Positions 17,882-27,279 of a stretch of 53,707 nucleotides of DNA are shown here, one piece after another (positions within the stretch are counted from its first letter, which is position 1; each line of letters opens with the position of its first letter). Origin of the DNA: a virus (lineage: Duplodnaviria > Caudoviricetes); IMG/VR virus record IMGVR_UViG_3300013132_000064, positions 1 to 53,707 of that record; one strand, given 5' to 3'. The notes beneath the pieces are model-generated. The model worked only from the letters and a program-made list of their open reading frames with translations, was not told the origin of the DNA and did not search any database. Both the position numbers and the translations under genes were made by a program.

Positions 17882-18391
17882 CTATACGAATCGGCCTTCA
17901 GTATTTACATGCCTAGAGTATTTGACCTCTAAAACGACGTCCGTAGACAAGAACCCAGACAGTTCTTCAGATGGCTCTGTGGCTGAAATGTCGGCTATGA
18001 ATATGCTATAGAATTTAAACTTGTTGGACGGAGGCATAAAATAATTTATATCTCTTCCCGACTCGTCCATTCTTCTGTATAGGTCCATCATTAAATTCCT
18101 AATAGCCACGATCTCTGAAAAGTCTGTCGAGTATATTGTGAATAGTATTTGCTCGCAACATACCACCCAGTTATCTTCATATGATAGGCCTACCTTGTCA
18201 TAGACTATATGGGTCTTCCCGCTCAAAAACTGATTCATTTCAGCAAGCTGCTGTACTGGAATTATGGGGGTTATTTCTTCATCGATATTATCGCTATAAT
18301 AATCCGAGGCATCTAGTATGCCAGTGGACTTTAAGTTATCCCAAAGATGCTTCCTTATGTCGAACATAGGGTCTAATTTATAATCTGTCAT
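17882..18391 (-). CDS. Tail terminator-like protein
   Basis: Size and position directly before the major tail gene. Start placed at MTDYKL (18391), after GGAGGA. Confidence 0.65.
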   Translation of the reverse strand: MTDYKLDPMFDIRKHLWDNLKSTGILDASDYYSDNIDEEITPIIPVQQLAEMNQFLSGKTHIVYDKVGLSYEDNWVVCCEQILFTIYSTDFSEIVAIRNLMMDLYRRMDESGRDINYFMPPSNKFKFYSIFIADISATEPSEELSGFLSTDVVLEVKYSRHVNTEGRFV

Positions 18392-18395
18392 ATCT

Positions 18396-19175
18396 TCATC
18401 CTCCAAACGCCGACTCTACAGATATCTTTGCTTGAATATCTAGCGTGTTAGGCGAAAAGGAATATTTAACCGTCTTTATATTTTTAGGAAGTCCCATTGC
18501 TTTAGCAATCTTATAATTAAATATCTTTTGAAATCCTGATCTTTTAATAGAACTGCTTACCAGGTTGCCCCTAAAGAATTGAGCATATGCTATTTTAAAC
18601 CTACTTGTAGTTTTACCTCCGCCTGCACGGCGTACTGTTACTGATTTTCCTTTTGGCATAAACACCATAGACCCACGAACTTCAAAAACTAATCTTTCAG
18701 CATTCTTTGGTCTTATTACTAGAGGGCCGCCTTCTTCCATAACAACCGCCTTGTTTCTAAACACATGTCTTGTGTTTCCAAAATTAGACGGCACTGCAAT
18801 CTTAGACATTTCAAAATCGTATCCTATTTGAAAAGATAAACCATTTTGATTTTTAGTTTTTAATTTAAATAATCTAGCAGACGGATCGCCTACGGACTTC
18901 CATTCATAAACATGATGAAATTGAGATGGATTAGCTCTTGCTTTTGCATCTACATAATCTCCAAAGTCATTACTTATTTGTTTAAAAATAACATCCCTAA
19001 ATTTTTTTTGAAATGCAGCACTTGTAGGAAGGCTGGCTAAAACGTGAGTTTGATAATAAAGAGCTGCTGATACCTGAGCCACTGTGCTATCTTTTAGTGC
19101 ACCAGTCTGCGCCCCTGATGACATTAGCTTTGCTAATCCACTTGAGGCTTGCATCAATACAAAACTAGATGCCAA
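18396..19175 (-). CDS. Neck/tail completion protein
   Basis: Basic protein in the head-tail cluster with HHVYEW and MEEG-P-VIRPKNA-RL-F motifs. Confidence 0.55.
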   Translation of the reverse strand: MASSFVLMQASSGLAKLMSSGAQTGALKDSTVAQVSAALYYQTHVLASLPTSAAFQKKFRDVIFKQISNDFGDYVDAKARANPSQFHHVYEWKSVGDPSARLFKLKTKNQNGLSFQIGYDFEMSKIAVPSNFGNTRHVFRNKAVVMEEGGPLVIRPKNAERLVFEVRGSMVFMPKGKSVTVRRAGGGKTTSRFKIAYAQFFRGNLVSSSIKRSGFQKIFNYKIAKAMGLPKNIKTVKYSFSPNTLDIQAKISVESAFGG

Positions 19176-19593
19176 TTTGCTGATTCTCCGATCTCTTCAT
19201 TGATGAATTGTATCCTAAAACTCTACCGAATGGATCGGTTATTGGGGTAACCCCCATAACTTCAAATACGGTTGGTGTTTCAGTTGGATAGTTAAGTTCA
19301 GTCCAAATATAAACATTTTCAGAGTTTTTAATATTTGTAATCTTTTCTCTGGCTGTTAGTCTTTCGGTAGTTCTAACTTGAATAATCTGATCGTTTGTAT
19401 ACCTTTTGTCAAATATCTGATTGTCGCTAGATCTAGTTGTAGCTGAATTACTTATAACTCCTTTTGCGTGGCAAGGAAGAGTTTTATAGTATATCCATTC
19501 TTTTTTTAAAGCACCAGTGTTTGAATCTTGTATATCTGTTTGCTTGTATACATCCATAGTCATAGAAAGAACGGCATCAACTATAGACGACAT
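19165..19593 (-). CDS. Head-to-tail stopper/closure protein
   Basis: 142-aa beta-rich protein after the adaptor; FEV-GV-P..DPFG motif. Confidence 0.65.
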   Translation of the reverse strand: MSSIVDAVLSMTMDVYKQTDIQDSNTGALKKEWIYYKTLPCHAKGVISNSATTRSSDNQIFDKRYTNDQIIQVRTTERLTAREKITNIKNSENVYIWTELNYPTETPTVFEVMGVTPITDPFGRVLGYNSSMKRSENQQIGI

Positions 19594-20576
19594 TATATCA
19601 ACGAGGCTTTGTTTACGACAAAATCTGCAAGAAGCCTATCTGCGTATGCGTTGCCTGTCCCCAAGAAAGCTTCAGGATTATACTCAAATTGCCAGTCAAA
19701 TGTTTGTATATTTTGAACATATTGATTTTTCCAAACTATATCTTTGGCAAAAAAGTCTTTCATTAATTCTATTGTTGCAAGATCTACCTTGTCTGGAACT
19801 TTCTTCCAGCCAAATGTTCCATGAACTTCATACATTACGTTGTTTCTAAATACTCCAGATCCATCATTTATTGATGGCGGAACCATACCGTTTGCAACAT
19901 ATACAGTATTGTCAAGCATGTTTGCCCTATTAATTCTTATTCCAAAATTAGTTTCTGATACCTGTACGTCGTAACCCCAAGCATTTACTACAGGACTAGA
20001 CAAATTATCTACCAAAATAATATCATTCATATATAGTCTATCTAGGGATTGAATTTTCTCTGGAAGCGGCAATATATCTGAATCAGATCCCAGTACTCTG
20101 TATACATCTTTATACTGAAAAAATTGTTGTCCTGTGTAGTTTTCGATTCTTTGACGAGCATATCTTTCTGCTGCTGCCAATTCTCGATATGACTTATAAG
20201 TAGGATCGGAAGGATCCGTGCTTATGCCTAGACACATGCAGGCCTGAGACAAGTCTGTGTAAGGCATTACAACAGATACATCGTTTGCATAAAAAATAGT
20301 CTCTCCAGACATGTTGTATTGCCAAACTAGTCTTAATGTAGATAGATCATCTGTTATGGTATTTGGTAAATACACAACATACATTCCGACATTGGTTTCA
20401 TCCTTTTCGGAAGTTATTGTTGTTAGAAGTTGCGTAAGCCCAGGATCTTCTTCTTCAGGGGTTTCTGTTATATTATAGACCTTAACTATTGGCAGAGCAT
20501 CTGAGTCTGTTGGTGCACCTCTATAAAATATTTGATGATAAACTGGAGATGAACTATTTCTTAATACCTCTGCCAT
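19593..20576 (-). CDS. Head-to-tail adaptor with an N-terminal extra domain
   Basis: ARQRIENYTGQQF, G-FGW..VP..V..A and TGNAYAD-LL motifs typical of adaptor proteins. Confidence 0.75.
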   Translation of the reverse strand: MAEVLRNSSSPVYHQIFYRGAPTDSDALPIVKVYNITETPEEEDPGLTQLLTTITSEKDETNVGMYVVYLPNTITDDLSTLRLVWQYNMSGETIFYANDVSVVMPYTDLSQACMCLGISTDPSDPTYKSYRELAAAERYARQRIENYTGQQFFQYKDVYRVLGSDSDILPLPEKIQSLDRLYMNDIILVDNLSSPVVNAWGYDVQVSETNFGIRINRANMLDNTVYVANGMVPPSINDGSGVFRNNVMYEVHGTFGWKKVPDKVDLATIELMKDFFAKDIVWKNQYVQNIQTFDWQFEYNPEAFLGTGNAYADRLLADFVVNKASLI

Positions 20577-20586
20577 TTATTACGGC

Positions 20587-20988
20587 TTAGTTATAATACT
20601 CCTGCACTTCCTTTGGAGTAGCTAATCTAAACCCTTCCTCCTTATCAAAAATTTCTTGAGCATCCTCTTCAGACATTGCGACAAATGGGTGATCTTTTGT
20701 AAATGTATATCCCACAATGTCATATCTAAAATTATCTCTAGTCATTCTTACCAAAACCTTGTCTGCTGACTGCTCCTTTGACGGATCAAGTCTTGGAAGA
20801 ACTTCATATCCTTCTTCTTCTACACTATCTTCTATATCTTTAATTGTCTTTTGATATACCGCCCATGTCACGCCTTCTTCTGCGAGAGCAGCTACGATAT
20901 CAGCCTTATTTTTTAGGCCCTCAGTTTCCACAGCAAAGTCTTCTGCGATTTTCTTGAGTTCAGATACTTTTAATGTCTCAAATGACAT
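20587..20988 (-). CDS. Head-associated protein with an N-terminal Rho-N/HeH-like motif
   Basis: LKVSELKKIA...GLKNKADIVAAL. Start reassigned to MSFETLK (20988), after AAAGGAGA. Confidence 0.65.
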   Translation of the reverse strand: MSFETLKVSELKKIAEDFAVETEGLKNKADIVAALAEEGVTWAVYQKTIKDIEDSVEEEGYEVLPRLDPSKEQSADKVLVRMTRDNFRYDIVGYTFTKDHPFVAMSEEDAQEIFDKEEGFRLATPKEVQEYYN

Positions 20989-21013
20989 ACTTTCTCCTTT
21001 TCTAGGTATGTCC

Positions 21014-21042
21014 ATTATAGCATTGATAAATTAAAATGAAAA
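21014..21042 (-). promoter_or_regulatory. Promoter TTTTCA-N17-TATAAT with extended TG
   Basis: TGCTATAAT at 21014-21022; the -35 overlaps the terminator U-tract. Confidence 0.65.
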
Positions 21043-21062
21043 GCCCCCCAAAAATGGGGGGC
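21037..21062 (-). terminator. Intrinsic terminator after the major capsid gene
   Basis: GCCCCCCA-TTTT-TGGGGGGC hairpin followed by TTTTCATTTT. Confidence 0.85.
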
Positions 21063-21092
21063 ATTTCTTGCAAGCCTACTAATTAATTAAAA

Positions 21093-22145
21093 TTAAGAAG
21101 CGACCTTAACGTTCTTTACGACTACCCATGCATCTGCCTGCTCAATTTGGGTTCCAACACGAGTAAATAGTGTGTACTCGATGGAGTCCTTCTTTGGCCA
21201 GAAAAAGCGATAAACGGTGACGTCACGCTTGATTCCAATAACAACGTTATTTGGGAATGTCAAGTGAACATCTCCATGGGTGCCTGATGCACCTGAATGT
21301 GTTCCTGTTTGGGTTTCGTTGAGTAGTGGGACTTCAACAATCGGAATACCGAATGCGAATGGTGCCACATATCCTGCTGGTCCACCTAGTGGTGCAACTC
21401 CGCCACGGATAACGCTTGATGCGATATCTGATGGAATTGTTTGGTTTGTTCCAATGCTGTTAGCATATAGGAAGTCCTGAATTAGGTTTGATCCTGCAAG
21501 GAAGCGAAGATCTCCACGGCGTTGCTTGTACTTACGTGGCAAAGCCTTAAGAGCCTTATTGAATACCTCACGAGAAACTGTAGCTCCCGCTGCGTCTACG
21601 ACGTGTGCGCTAGCCTTAGCCTTCTTAACAATTCCATCGAAGGACTTGTAAAGAAGATCTGTGGTTTGGGCTGTATCTCCATTGAGGATAACATCTTCAA
21701 TGTCGTTACCTGCTTGAGTTGCCATCAAACGTGCAATATGATCTTCGAGATCAGCACCTTCGATATTGTCCTCAAGTGACTCTGTTGAAAGCTCCCAATC
21801 CATGCGGAGTTTCTTTGTTGTTAGAGAAATCTTGGAGAATGTAACACCTGAGTTTGCACTGTTGGTGTTATCTCCTTCGCTAGCGAGCTTCATTAGCTTC
21901 TCGCCTACTGACATACGATCAATCTCGGTTGTGTCAGCTCTCATACGTACTGTACGTGCGACTTTACCGATTACGGTTGCGTCGAACATATAGTCAAGGA
22001 AACGAGCAGATTGCTCTGGGTTTAGGAGACCTCCGTTTCCGTTTTCGGAAGCACGGTGTACTCCAGTTCCACCAGTGGTGGATGCAAATGTACCTGTTAC
22101 TGTTGAGCCTGCCTCAGCAGCTTTTTCTAATAGTTCATTGCTCAT
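21093..22145 (-). CDS. Major capsid protein (HK97 fold)
   Basis: GGLLNPEQSARF, ELSTESLEDNIEG, ILNGD and DGIVKKA motifs; follows the protease/scaffold gene and is followed by a terminator. Confidence 0.92.
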   Translation of the reverse strand: MSNELLEKAAEAGSTVTGTFASTTGGTGVHRASENGNGGLLNPEQSARFLDYMFDATVIGKVARTVRMRADTTEIDRMSVGEKLMKLASEGDNTNSANSGVTFSKISLTTKKLRMDWELSTESLEDNIEGADLEDHIARLMATQAGNDIEDVILNGDTAQTTDLLYKSFDGIVKKAKASAHVVDAAGATVSREVFNKALKALPRKYKQRRGDLRFLAGSNLIQDFLYANSIGTNQTIPSDIASSVIRGGVAPLGGPAGYVAPFAFGIPIVEVPLLNETQTGTHSGASGTHGDVHLTFPNNVVIGIKRDVTVYRFFWPKKDSIEYTLFTRVGTQIEQADAWVVVKNVKVAS

Positions 22146-22164
22146 TATTTTTCTTTCACCTACC

Positions 22165-22728
22165 TTAGTTAATTATATCGTTCACGGAACCGAGGAAAGA
22201 ACCGTTCCATTTGGATTTCTTGATTGTTGTTCCAACCGACCCGCCGAGGTCAGAGGACTTCTTAATTGCAGTCTCTGATTCAACTGCATCGACACGCTTT
22301 TGGACAGTATCAATCGTGTTCTTGATGTCTTTTACAGCATTAGATAGTACTGAATGCTGCTCTGCCAATTCTGAAATTCTAGTGTCAACACTCTTGCTGA
22401 ATGTCTCCACTGTTTCTTTAATTACTGCAACTTGTGTTGCATTTGCTTCTGAAGCCTTGCTCAAAGTATCCGAGAAAAATGACTTTAGGTCGCCCAACAT
22501 TTTTGCAAAATCAGGCTCTTCCATCACAGCTTCTGCGACCTCAGTTGTTTCAACTAGTGCATCTACTGCTTTCTCAAGAGTTTCGGCAGGAGCGTCTTCT
22601 GCAGGTGCTGTCTCAGCTGGTGCTGCTTCTGCTACTGCTTCCGCAGCAGCTTCGGCAGGAGCTGTTGTCTCTTCTACAACTGCAGGAGTTTCTTCCACTG
22701 CTGCAACTGTTTCTGTGTTTTCTGACAC
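22165..22728 (-). CDS. Nested in-frame scaffold protein (187 aa)
   Basis: Internal AGGAGGT (22735-22741), 6 nt, then an in-frame GTG (22728) exactly at the start of the acidic/coiled-coil part. Confidence 0.7.
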   Translation of the reverse strand: MSENTETVAAVEETPAVVEETTAPAEAAAEAVAEAAPAETAPAEDAPAETLEKAVDALVETTEVAEAVMEEPDFAKMLGDLKSFFSDTLSKASEANATQVAVIKETVETFSKSVDTRISELAEQHSVLSNAVKDIKNTIDTVQKRVDAVESETAIKKSSDLGGSVGTTIKKSKWNGSFLGSVNDIIN

Positions 22729-23517
22729 TACATTACCTCCTTCTGCGTTTGCCTGTTTTGCGATTGTTTGTGTTTCAGGCAACGTAAATCTTGATCTTTT
22801 GTAAGAATCAAGAATCTTATCTATATCCTTTGCTTTGTTAACATCATTAGACTCTACCCATCCAATTAGAGCTGCTGGTTTTCCTGTGACGGGAGAATCG
22901 TATGTCTTATCTGTTGAGATAAAAACAGAATCGCTTTCCTCACAATAAAAAATATTTTCAATAACGGTTTCTGCTGCAATTCCCTTAAACATTAATTGAC
23001 CATTCTTTTTTTGAATAGACAAAATATTGCAAAGCTCATTTGCTGGAGAGTCTACGATTGATAGTTCCATCAATTCATATCCTTTAATAAATCTAACTGT
23101 TTTTCCAGTAGACTTATTAACTTCATTATCAGAATCTGTTATTTTTCCGCCGATTGAGAATCCTGCCAAAGTTCCATCCAAAACTTTTTCCCAAGTGTCT
23201 TGTGCGCCTTTTGAAATATATGCATCTACATATACTCCATTATAAAATTCTTTTGTAGATGGATCGTAGTATGTCTCTGGCTTAAATGAAACCATTTTGC
23301 CTACAGCATTTGATCCATGCATCTCACGAATATTTCCACGGAAGCTTTCAAATGCCTTTAGGCTAGCTTCTGCAGTTACAAGGTCTCCAGTTTGATCAAC
23401 GTTATCTAGCGTTGCAAAGCCAGACACTGTTCTTTTTTCACGGTTGACTTTTGTGAATGGAACAGATAGACTAATGACGTCGCCATTAGATGACCATAGA
23501 GATTTCTCAATATTCAT
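22165..23517 (-). CDS. Prohead protease (HK97-type) fused to a scaffold domain
   Basis: VSGFATLDNVDQTGD, IREMH, GFSIGG and ELSIVDSPAN; acidic Ala/Glu linker and C-terminal coiled coil. Start reassigned to MNIEKS (23517). Confidence 0.9.
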   Translation of the reverse strand: MNIEKSLWSSNGDVISLSVPFTKVNREKRTVSGFATLDNVDQTGDLVTAEASLKAFESFRGNIREMHGSNAVGKMVSFKPETYYDPSTKEFYNGVYVDAYISKGAQDTWEKVLDGTLAGFSIGGKITDSDNEVNKSTGKTVRFIKGYELMELSIVDSPANELCNILSIQKKNGQLMFKGIAAETVIENIFYCEESDSVFISTDKTYDSPVTGKPAALIGWVESNDVNKAKDIDKILDSYKRSRFTLPETQTIAKQANAEGGNVVSENTETVAAVEETPAVVEETTAPAEAAAEAVAEAAPAETAPAEDAPAETLEKAVDALVETTEVAEAVMEEPDFAKMLGDLKSFFSDTLSKASEANATQVAVIKETVETFSKSVDTRISELAEQHSVLSNAVKDIKNTIDTVQKRVDAVESETAIKKSSDLGGSVGTTIKKSKWNGSFLGSVNDIIN

Positions 23518-23524
23518 ATGTATT

Positions 23525-23553
23525 ATTTTATACTTGATACAATCAAAAGGCAA
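23525..23553 (-). promoter_or_regulatory. Promoter TTGCCT-N17-TAAAAT, probably leaderless
   Basis: The -10 ends 7 nt before the ATG at 23517; no SD. Confidence 0.75.
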
Positions 23554-23570
23554 ATAATAGTTGAGTGATA

Positions 23571-25151
23571 TTACTCAACCTGTCTTCCTTCCCCTTTAGG
23601 ATTTCTGGCTTCCCCTTGACCATCTGGGGCCTTGGCTGACCGCTCTCTATCCCTGGTTCTGCTTTGTAGTGCCTGTGCCTTAACTTCTGCTGCCTGGGCC
23701 TGCAAATCTACGACCTCATCGCCGCCATCAAGAGGGATCATACCCTTTCTAATTCTAACTTCATTTGGGGTAATTACCTGCATTCTTAAATATCTTTCAT
23801 CAATTTGAGACTGAGTGTCCTCGTCAGTAAGAGTTAATTCATTGAATTTAAGAATAAGGGCGTCTGTTTTTTCTTCAAATATTCTATTTATTTTCTTTTC
23901 AAGGATAATTTGAGATGGTCTGCAGACCTGCTCCTTAAATGTTTTATCTGCATCTCTAGCATTTGCCAAAGACACCCCTTCAGGAACTCCAATTTTATTA
24001 ATAGGAACTCTGTGGGCAATTAATATTTCATCTCTATTTGCGGACCTATAAACATTAAATGAAGACTCTTGAGTATTTGCCTCAACTGGTTCCATTTTAA
24101 ATTCAACCTTAGAATCTGGTGAATCTGCTGGTAGGGGAACATATAGAGATCTATGGCTCTTGCCCTTTAGCCCGACCTGGAAAAATTCTAATAGCTTTCT
24201 TTCTGACTCTGAGGAAAGCTTTGCTCCCTTGACTGTAATAATATATCTTGGGACTGCCTTGTTTTCAAAATAATCTAAATTATATTTTCCAGAAAATTCG
24301 TTTCCAGCTAATGCAACTTGTGCTGCAACGATATCTGGTATTCCGTAATAATTATTCATAGGAGTGTACTTCTTTAAATGAATAATTTCATTAGGTCTAT
24401 CTTCTTGACCAGCAATTGGATTCTCGGTATCCTGATCTCCGAAGTTACGGAAATATACCGCCTTGCCGTATAGCAATTGAATAAAGCCGTCACGAAGGCG
24501 ACGTACACGCATCGTCTTTGCAGGAATGTGTCCTATATAACCTATGTTTCCTGCTGTAGTTCTTCCTACTTCTAGATAGCCATTACCTGTTGCCTCAAGA
24601 TCTGTGTAGACCTTGATAAGAGTTTGAGTAAATGTATCTTCATCATTTGTAGAGTCAAGCCAAACATGCAGATCTTGTCTTAATTTATTAAGCTTCCTTC
24701 TTGCTCGCTCTAGCTGTTTTTCATCTGTAATATTATCTATTGCATCGTTGGTCTTCTTTGTTTCTACAAAATCAAATCCTAGTCCGACTATGTTTGCAAC
24801 CTTAGCATTAATTGCTGCGTAGTTATAGGGCGAAACTTCATAAATTTTTGATAGATACTCTAAGTTGTATGTAGGCTCAATTAAATCAAACATGGCATAT
24901 CCAGTTATGGCTTGAGCCAAAAGGTTTTGCTGTGTGGCAGTTCCTTCTATTCCAGTAAATGCCTTAGTAAATTCTCTGCCTATTTTTCTTCTAAACGAAG
25001 CGCCTAGCCCTCTTAGCTTTTTAATCTCTTCAAGGTCGATCTGAAAAGGATCATTAGATATAACATCAGAGGAACTCTTAAACTTAAACCAGTCTGAGTT
25101 GTTTGATATCTCTATTGTATTGTCAGAATTTTCGTCTTCTATAAATTGCAT
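23571..25151 (-). CDS. Portal protein (PBSX/HK97-like)
   Basis: DLEATGNGYLEV, EIIHLK...YYGIPD, YFENKAVP, AHRVP and ITPNEVR motifs; upstream of the protease and capsid genes. Confidence 0.92.
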   Translation of the reverse strand: MQFIEDENSDNTIEISNNSDWFKFKSSSDVISNDPFQIDLEEIKKLRGLGASFRRKIGREFTKAFTGIEGTATQQNLLAQAITGYAMFDLIEPTYNLEYLSKIYEVSPYNYAAINAKVANIVGLGFDFVETKKTNDAIDNITDEKQLERARRKLNKLRQDLHVWLDSTNDEDTFTQTLIKVYTDLEATGNGYLEVGRTTAGNIGYIGHIPAKTMRVRRLRDGFIQLLYGKAVYFRNFGDQDTENPIAGQEDRPNEIIHLKKYTPMNNYYGIPDIVAAQVALAGNEFSGKYNLDYFENKAVPRYIITVKGAKLSSESERKLLEFFQVGLKGKSHRSLYVPLPADSPDSKVEFKMEPVEANTQESSFNVYRSANRDEILIAHRVPINKIGVPEGVSLANARDADKTFKEQVCRPSQIILEKKINRIFEEKTDALILKFNELTLTDEDTQSQIDERYLRMQVITPNEVRIRKGMIPLDGGDEVVDLQAQAAEVKAQALQSRTRDRERSAKAPDGQGEARNPKGEGRQVE

Positions 25152-25152
25152 A

Positions 25153-25497
25153 TTATTTACCTCTCGAAATTAAATTTTTCATTTCGTCTTTATAAACGCC
25201 AATGTCTAATGGGTCTGGAACTAGTCCCCATTCTAATCTTTGTTTTTGATATTCAAATTCTTCATCATCAATTTTTCTGCGTCCCGACAGAAATTTAGGC
25301 TTACCATCATAGATACCAAAAGATCTTACTTCACGAGCAAGAGCGTCTATTTTAGACTTATTCCCCTTTTTGGAGGTTATGGATAGAAAGTTTCCGTCGT
25401 CATCGCCTATCCACCTACCGTCTGGCATTTCCCAGACATATATGCCTAAAGTGGTCTCTTCTTCTTGGATCTTGCTGTTGACCTTATTAATATTCAT
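25153..25497 (-). CDS. Hypothetical protein upstream of the portal (114 aa)
   Basis: Well-packed ORF with its own promoter; no motif recognised. Confidence 0.7.
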   Translation of the reverse strand: MNINKVNSKIQEEETTLGIYVWEMPDGRWIGDDDGNFLSITSKKGNKSKIDALAREVRSFGIYDGKPKFLSGRRKIDDEEFEYQKQRLEWGLVPDPLDIGVYKDEMKNLISRGK

Positions 25498-25505
25498 AGG
25501 AATTC

Positions 25506-25534
25506 ATTTTACCACTTTTCAGTGCCTAAGTCCA
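25506..25534 (-). promoter_or_regulatory. Promoter TGGACT-N17-TAAAAT with extended TG
   Basis: The -10 (25506-25511) ends 8 nt before the ATG at 25497; no SD. Confidence 0.7.
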
Positions 25535-25537
25535 GCT

Positions 25538-25560
25538 TTTTGTCACACCAAGTGACAAAA
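25538..25560. promoter_or_regulatory. Perfect inverted repeat TTTTGTCAC-N5-GTGACAAAA (operator or hairpin)
   Basis: 9-bp arms directly upstream of the -35; no 3' U-tract on either strand. Confidence 0.55.
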
Positions 25561-27279
25561 TTATACGCTTCGAATAACTATATATTCATCATCATAGTAT
25601 TCTGCGCCAGAGTCTGTCACCTCTAATGACGAAAGTGAGCTTGATAGGGCAGGTCTAGATATATATGAATTATAATTATCTACTATATCTGCTTCTGAAA
25701 AAATAGATTCATAAAGGGCTATATTATTATATGAATTAGAGGGGCCAGCCAAATTAAAATTAATATCTCCATTTATTGAAGAGTCTGTCACTATAGTCAC
25801 CAAATAAAGCATGTCTGAGGCGAATACAGAGCCGATAGATGATGTGGAGGTCTTTGATACCCCATTGACATAAAACTGGCTTATACCCGTCTTAGAAATT
25901 GCTCCAGAGCCATTCCAGGACAGGTTTAGCCCAGAAGAATTTACTAGGGTTGTAGCTGTTAATGCTGAGGGTCTAAAAAAGAACTCTATTGTTCTAATAT
26001 TAGAGGCATTTATTTTAAATCCATTATTTGGGATTGTCACAATACCGTCATTTTTAAATCTTAATAGTGGGGGAAGATTAAAAGAAGATACAGAATAATC
26101 ATAATCTGATTCTATTTTATACCCATAATTTTGAGCATATACGTCCTTACTGGAATAAAATTTAATTTTAAACTTAGAGAATCTTGGTAAATACTTAGAG
26201 GCGTCGCTAGAATATATTCTTATTTTAATGTATAGCAGTCCTTCTGAAACTGTTGTGCCTTTATTATAGAATGGCATAAAAGATCCGTTAGAGCATTCTT
26301 CATAATTTTCTCCGTCTTGGCTGACAAATACCGTAATACCTTTATCCGCCAGCCATTCTATTTTTGAGGAAATTATTCCTAGGCTAGGGGGCACGTTTAA
26401 TATATCGTACAAGAAAACTTCTTTTGATTCTGAAGCTTCCGATAAATAAAAAGATAGAAATCCAAAGCTTGGATCATAGAACAAATCTTCTTCTACAAAG
26501 CTTTTCATTTTATCTGGTGTAAATTCGTAAGTAAATACCTTGGGCATGTCTTCTTCATTTGTTGGGAAGAGATACCCTCCTTTTGAATCTACTATTTGAA
26601 AAGGACTGACTGATATTATGCCGCTTAAATAATGATCGTATATTTTATTAGATGTAAGAGCATACCTATAAACTGCTGGTGCATCTACTATAAAATAATC
26701 ATTAGCGCTTTCTGTTGGACCTAGGTATAGAGACAAAGAAGAGTTATCAAATTTAAATCCTGATATAGACTTTGAAGCAACTTCTGCTCCATCTATAAAA
26801 AGCTTAATAGAATTAATTGCATATACCCCAACTAAGTGCATTACCTTTTTGCTGTTTGAAATAGTATATGTAGCTTCATGAGATTGAATTTTAAATATTA
26901 CATTTCCATTTTCATAGAAAAGACCTATTCCTGCAGACTCGTCTGCAAACAATACTGTTCTATCTGAAGTAGTTATATTCTGATGAATCCAAACCTCTAT
27001 TGTAAAATCATTATCAGATGTATCTATATCTCCTAGTCCTCCACTTGCCGTAGAGGCATAGTAGTCTTTTGTTGTAGGAAGAGATATATATTTAGAATTA
27101 TTAATTAAATTACCAGCAGCCCCACCTGGAATAAGTGGAAGTATTGATGAGTCTAGGCCTCCATAATATGTTCCGTTATTAGCACACCCAGAATTATCAA
27201 ATGCAATAGATCCAGAAGATTCATCTAGCTTCCAAAATCCTATTGGATAATCTCTTATAACTTTAAGATGATATGACAT
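25561..27279 (-). CDS. LamG/concanavalin A-like domain virion protein
   Basis: PIGFWKLDESSG, FTIEVWI, HLVGVY...LFIDG and AVYRYAL motifs, plus a second degenerate LamG at the C-terminus. Start MSYHLKV, after GGAGGTGAG. Confidence 0.8.
   Translation of the reverse strand: MSYHLKVIRDYPIGFWKLDESSGSIAFDNSGCANNGTYYGGLDSSILPLIPGGAAGNLINNSKYISLPTTKDYYASTASGGLGDIDTSDNDFTIEVWIHQNITTSDRTVLFADESAGIGLFYENGNVIFKIQSHEATYTISNSKKVMHLVGVYAINSIKLFIDGAEVASKSISGFKFDNSSLSLYLGPTESANDYFIVDAPAVYRYALTSNKIYDHYLSGIISVSPFQIVDSKGGYLFPTNEEDMPKVFTYEFTPDKMKSFVEEDLFYDPSFGFLSFYLSEASESKEVFLYDILNVPPSLGIISSKIEWLADKGITVFVSQDGENYEECSNGSFMPFYNKGTTVSEGLLYIKIRIYSSDASKYLPRFSKFKIKFYSSKDVYAQNYGYKIESDYDYSVSSFNLPPLLRFKNDGIVTIPNNGFKINASNIRTIEFFFRPSALTATTLVNSSGLNLSWNGSGAISKTGISQFYVNGVSKTSTSSIGSVFASDMLYLVTIVTDSSINGDINFNLAGPSNSYNNIALYESIFSEADIVDNYNSYISRPALSSSLSSLEVTDSGAEYYDDEYIVIRSV

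Noticed and set aside
16984-25560. tRNA or other RNA genes in the intergenic gaps
   Set aside because: The gaps are short and mostly explained by terminators, promoters and SD sites; no cloverleaf or T-loop consensus was seen.
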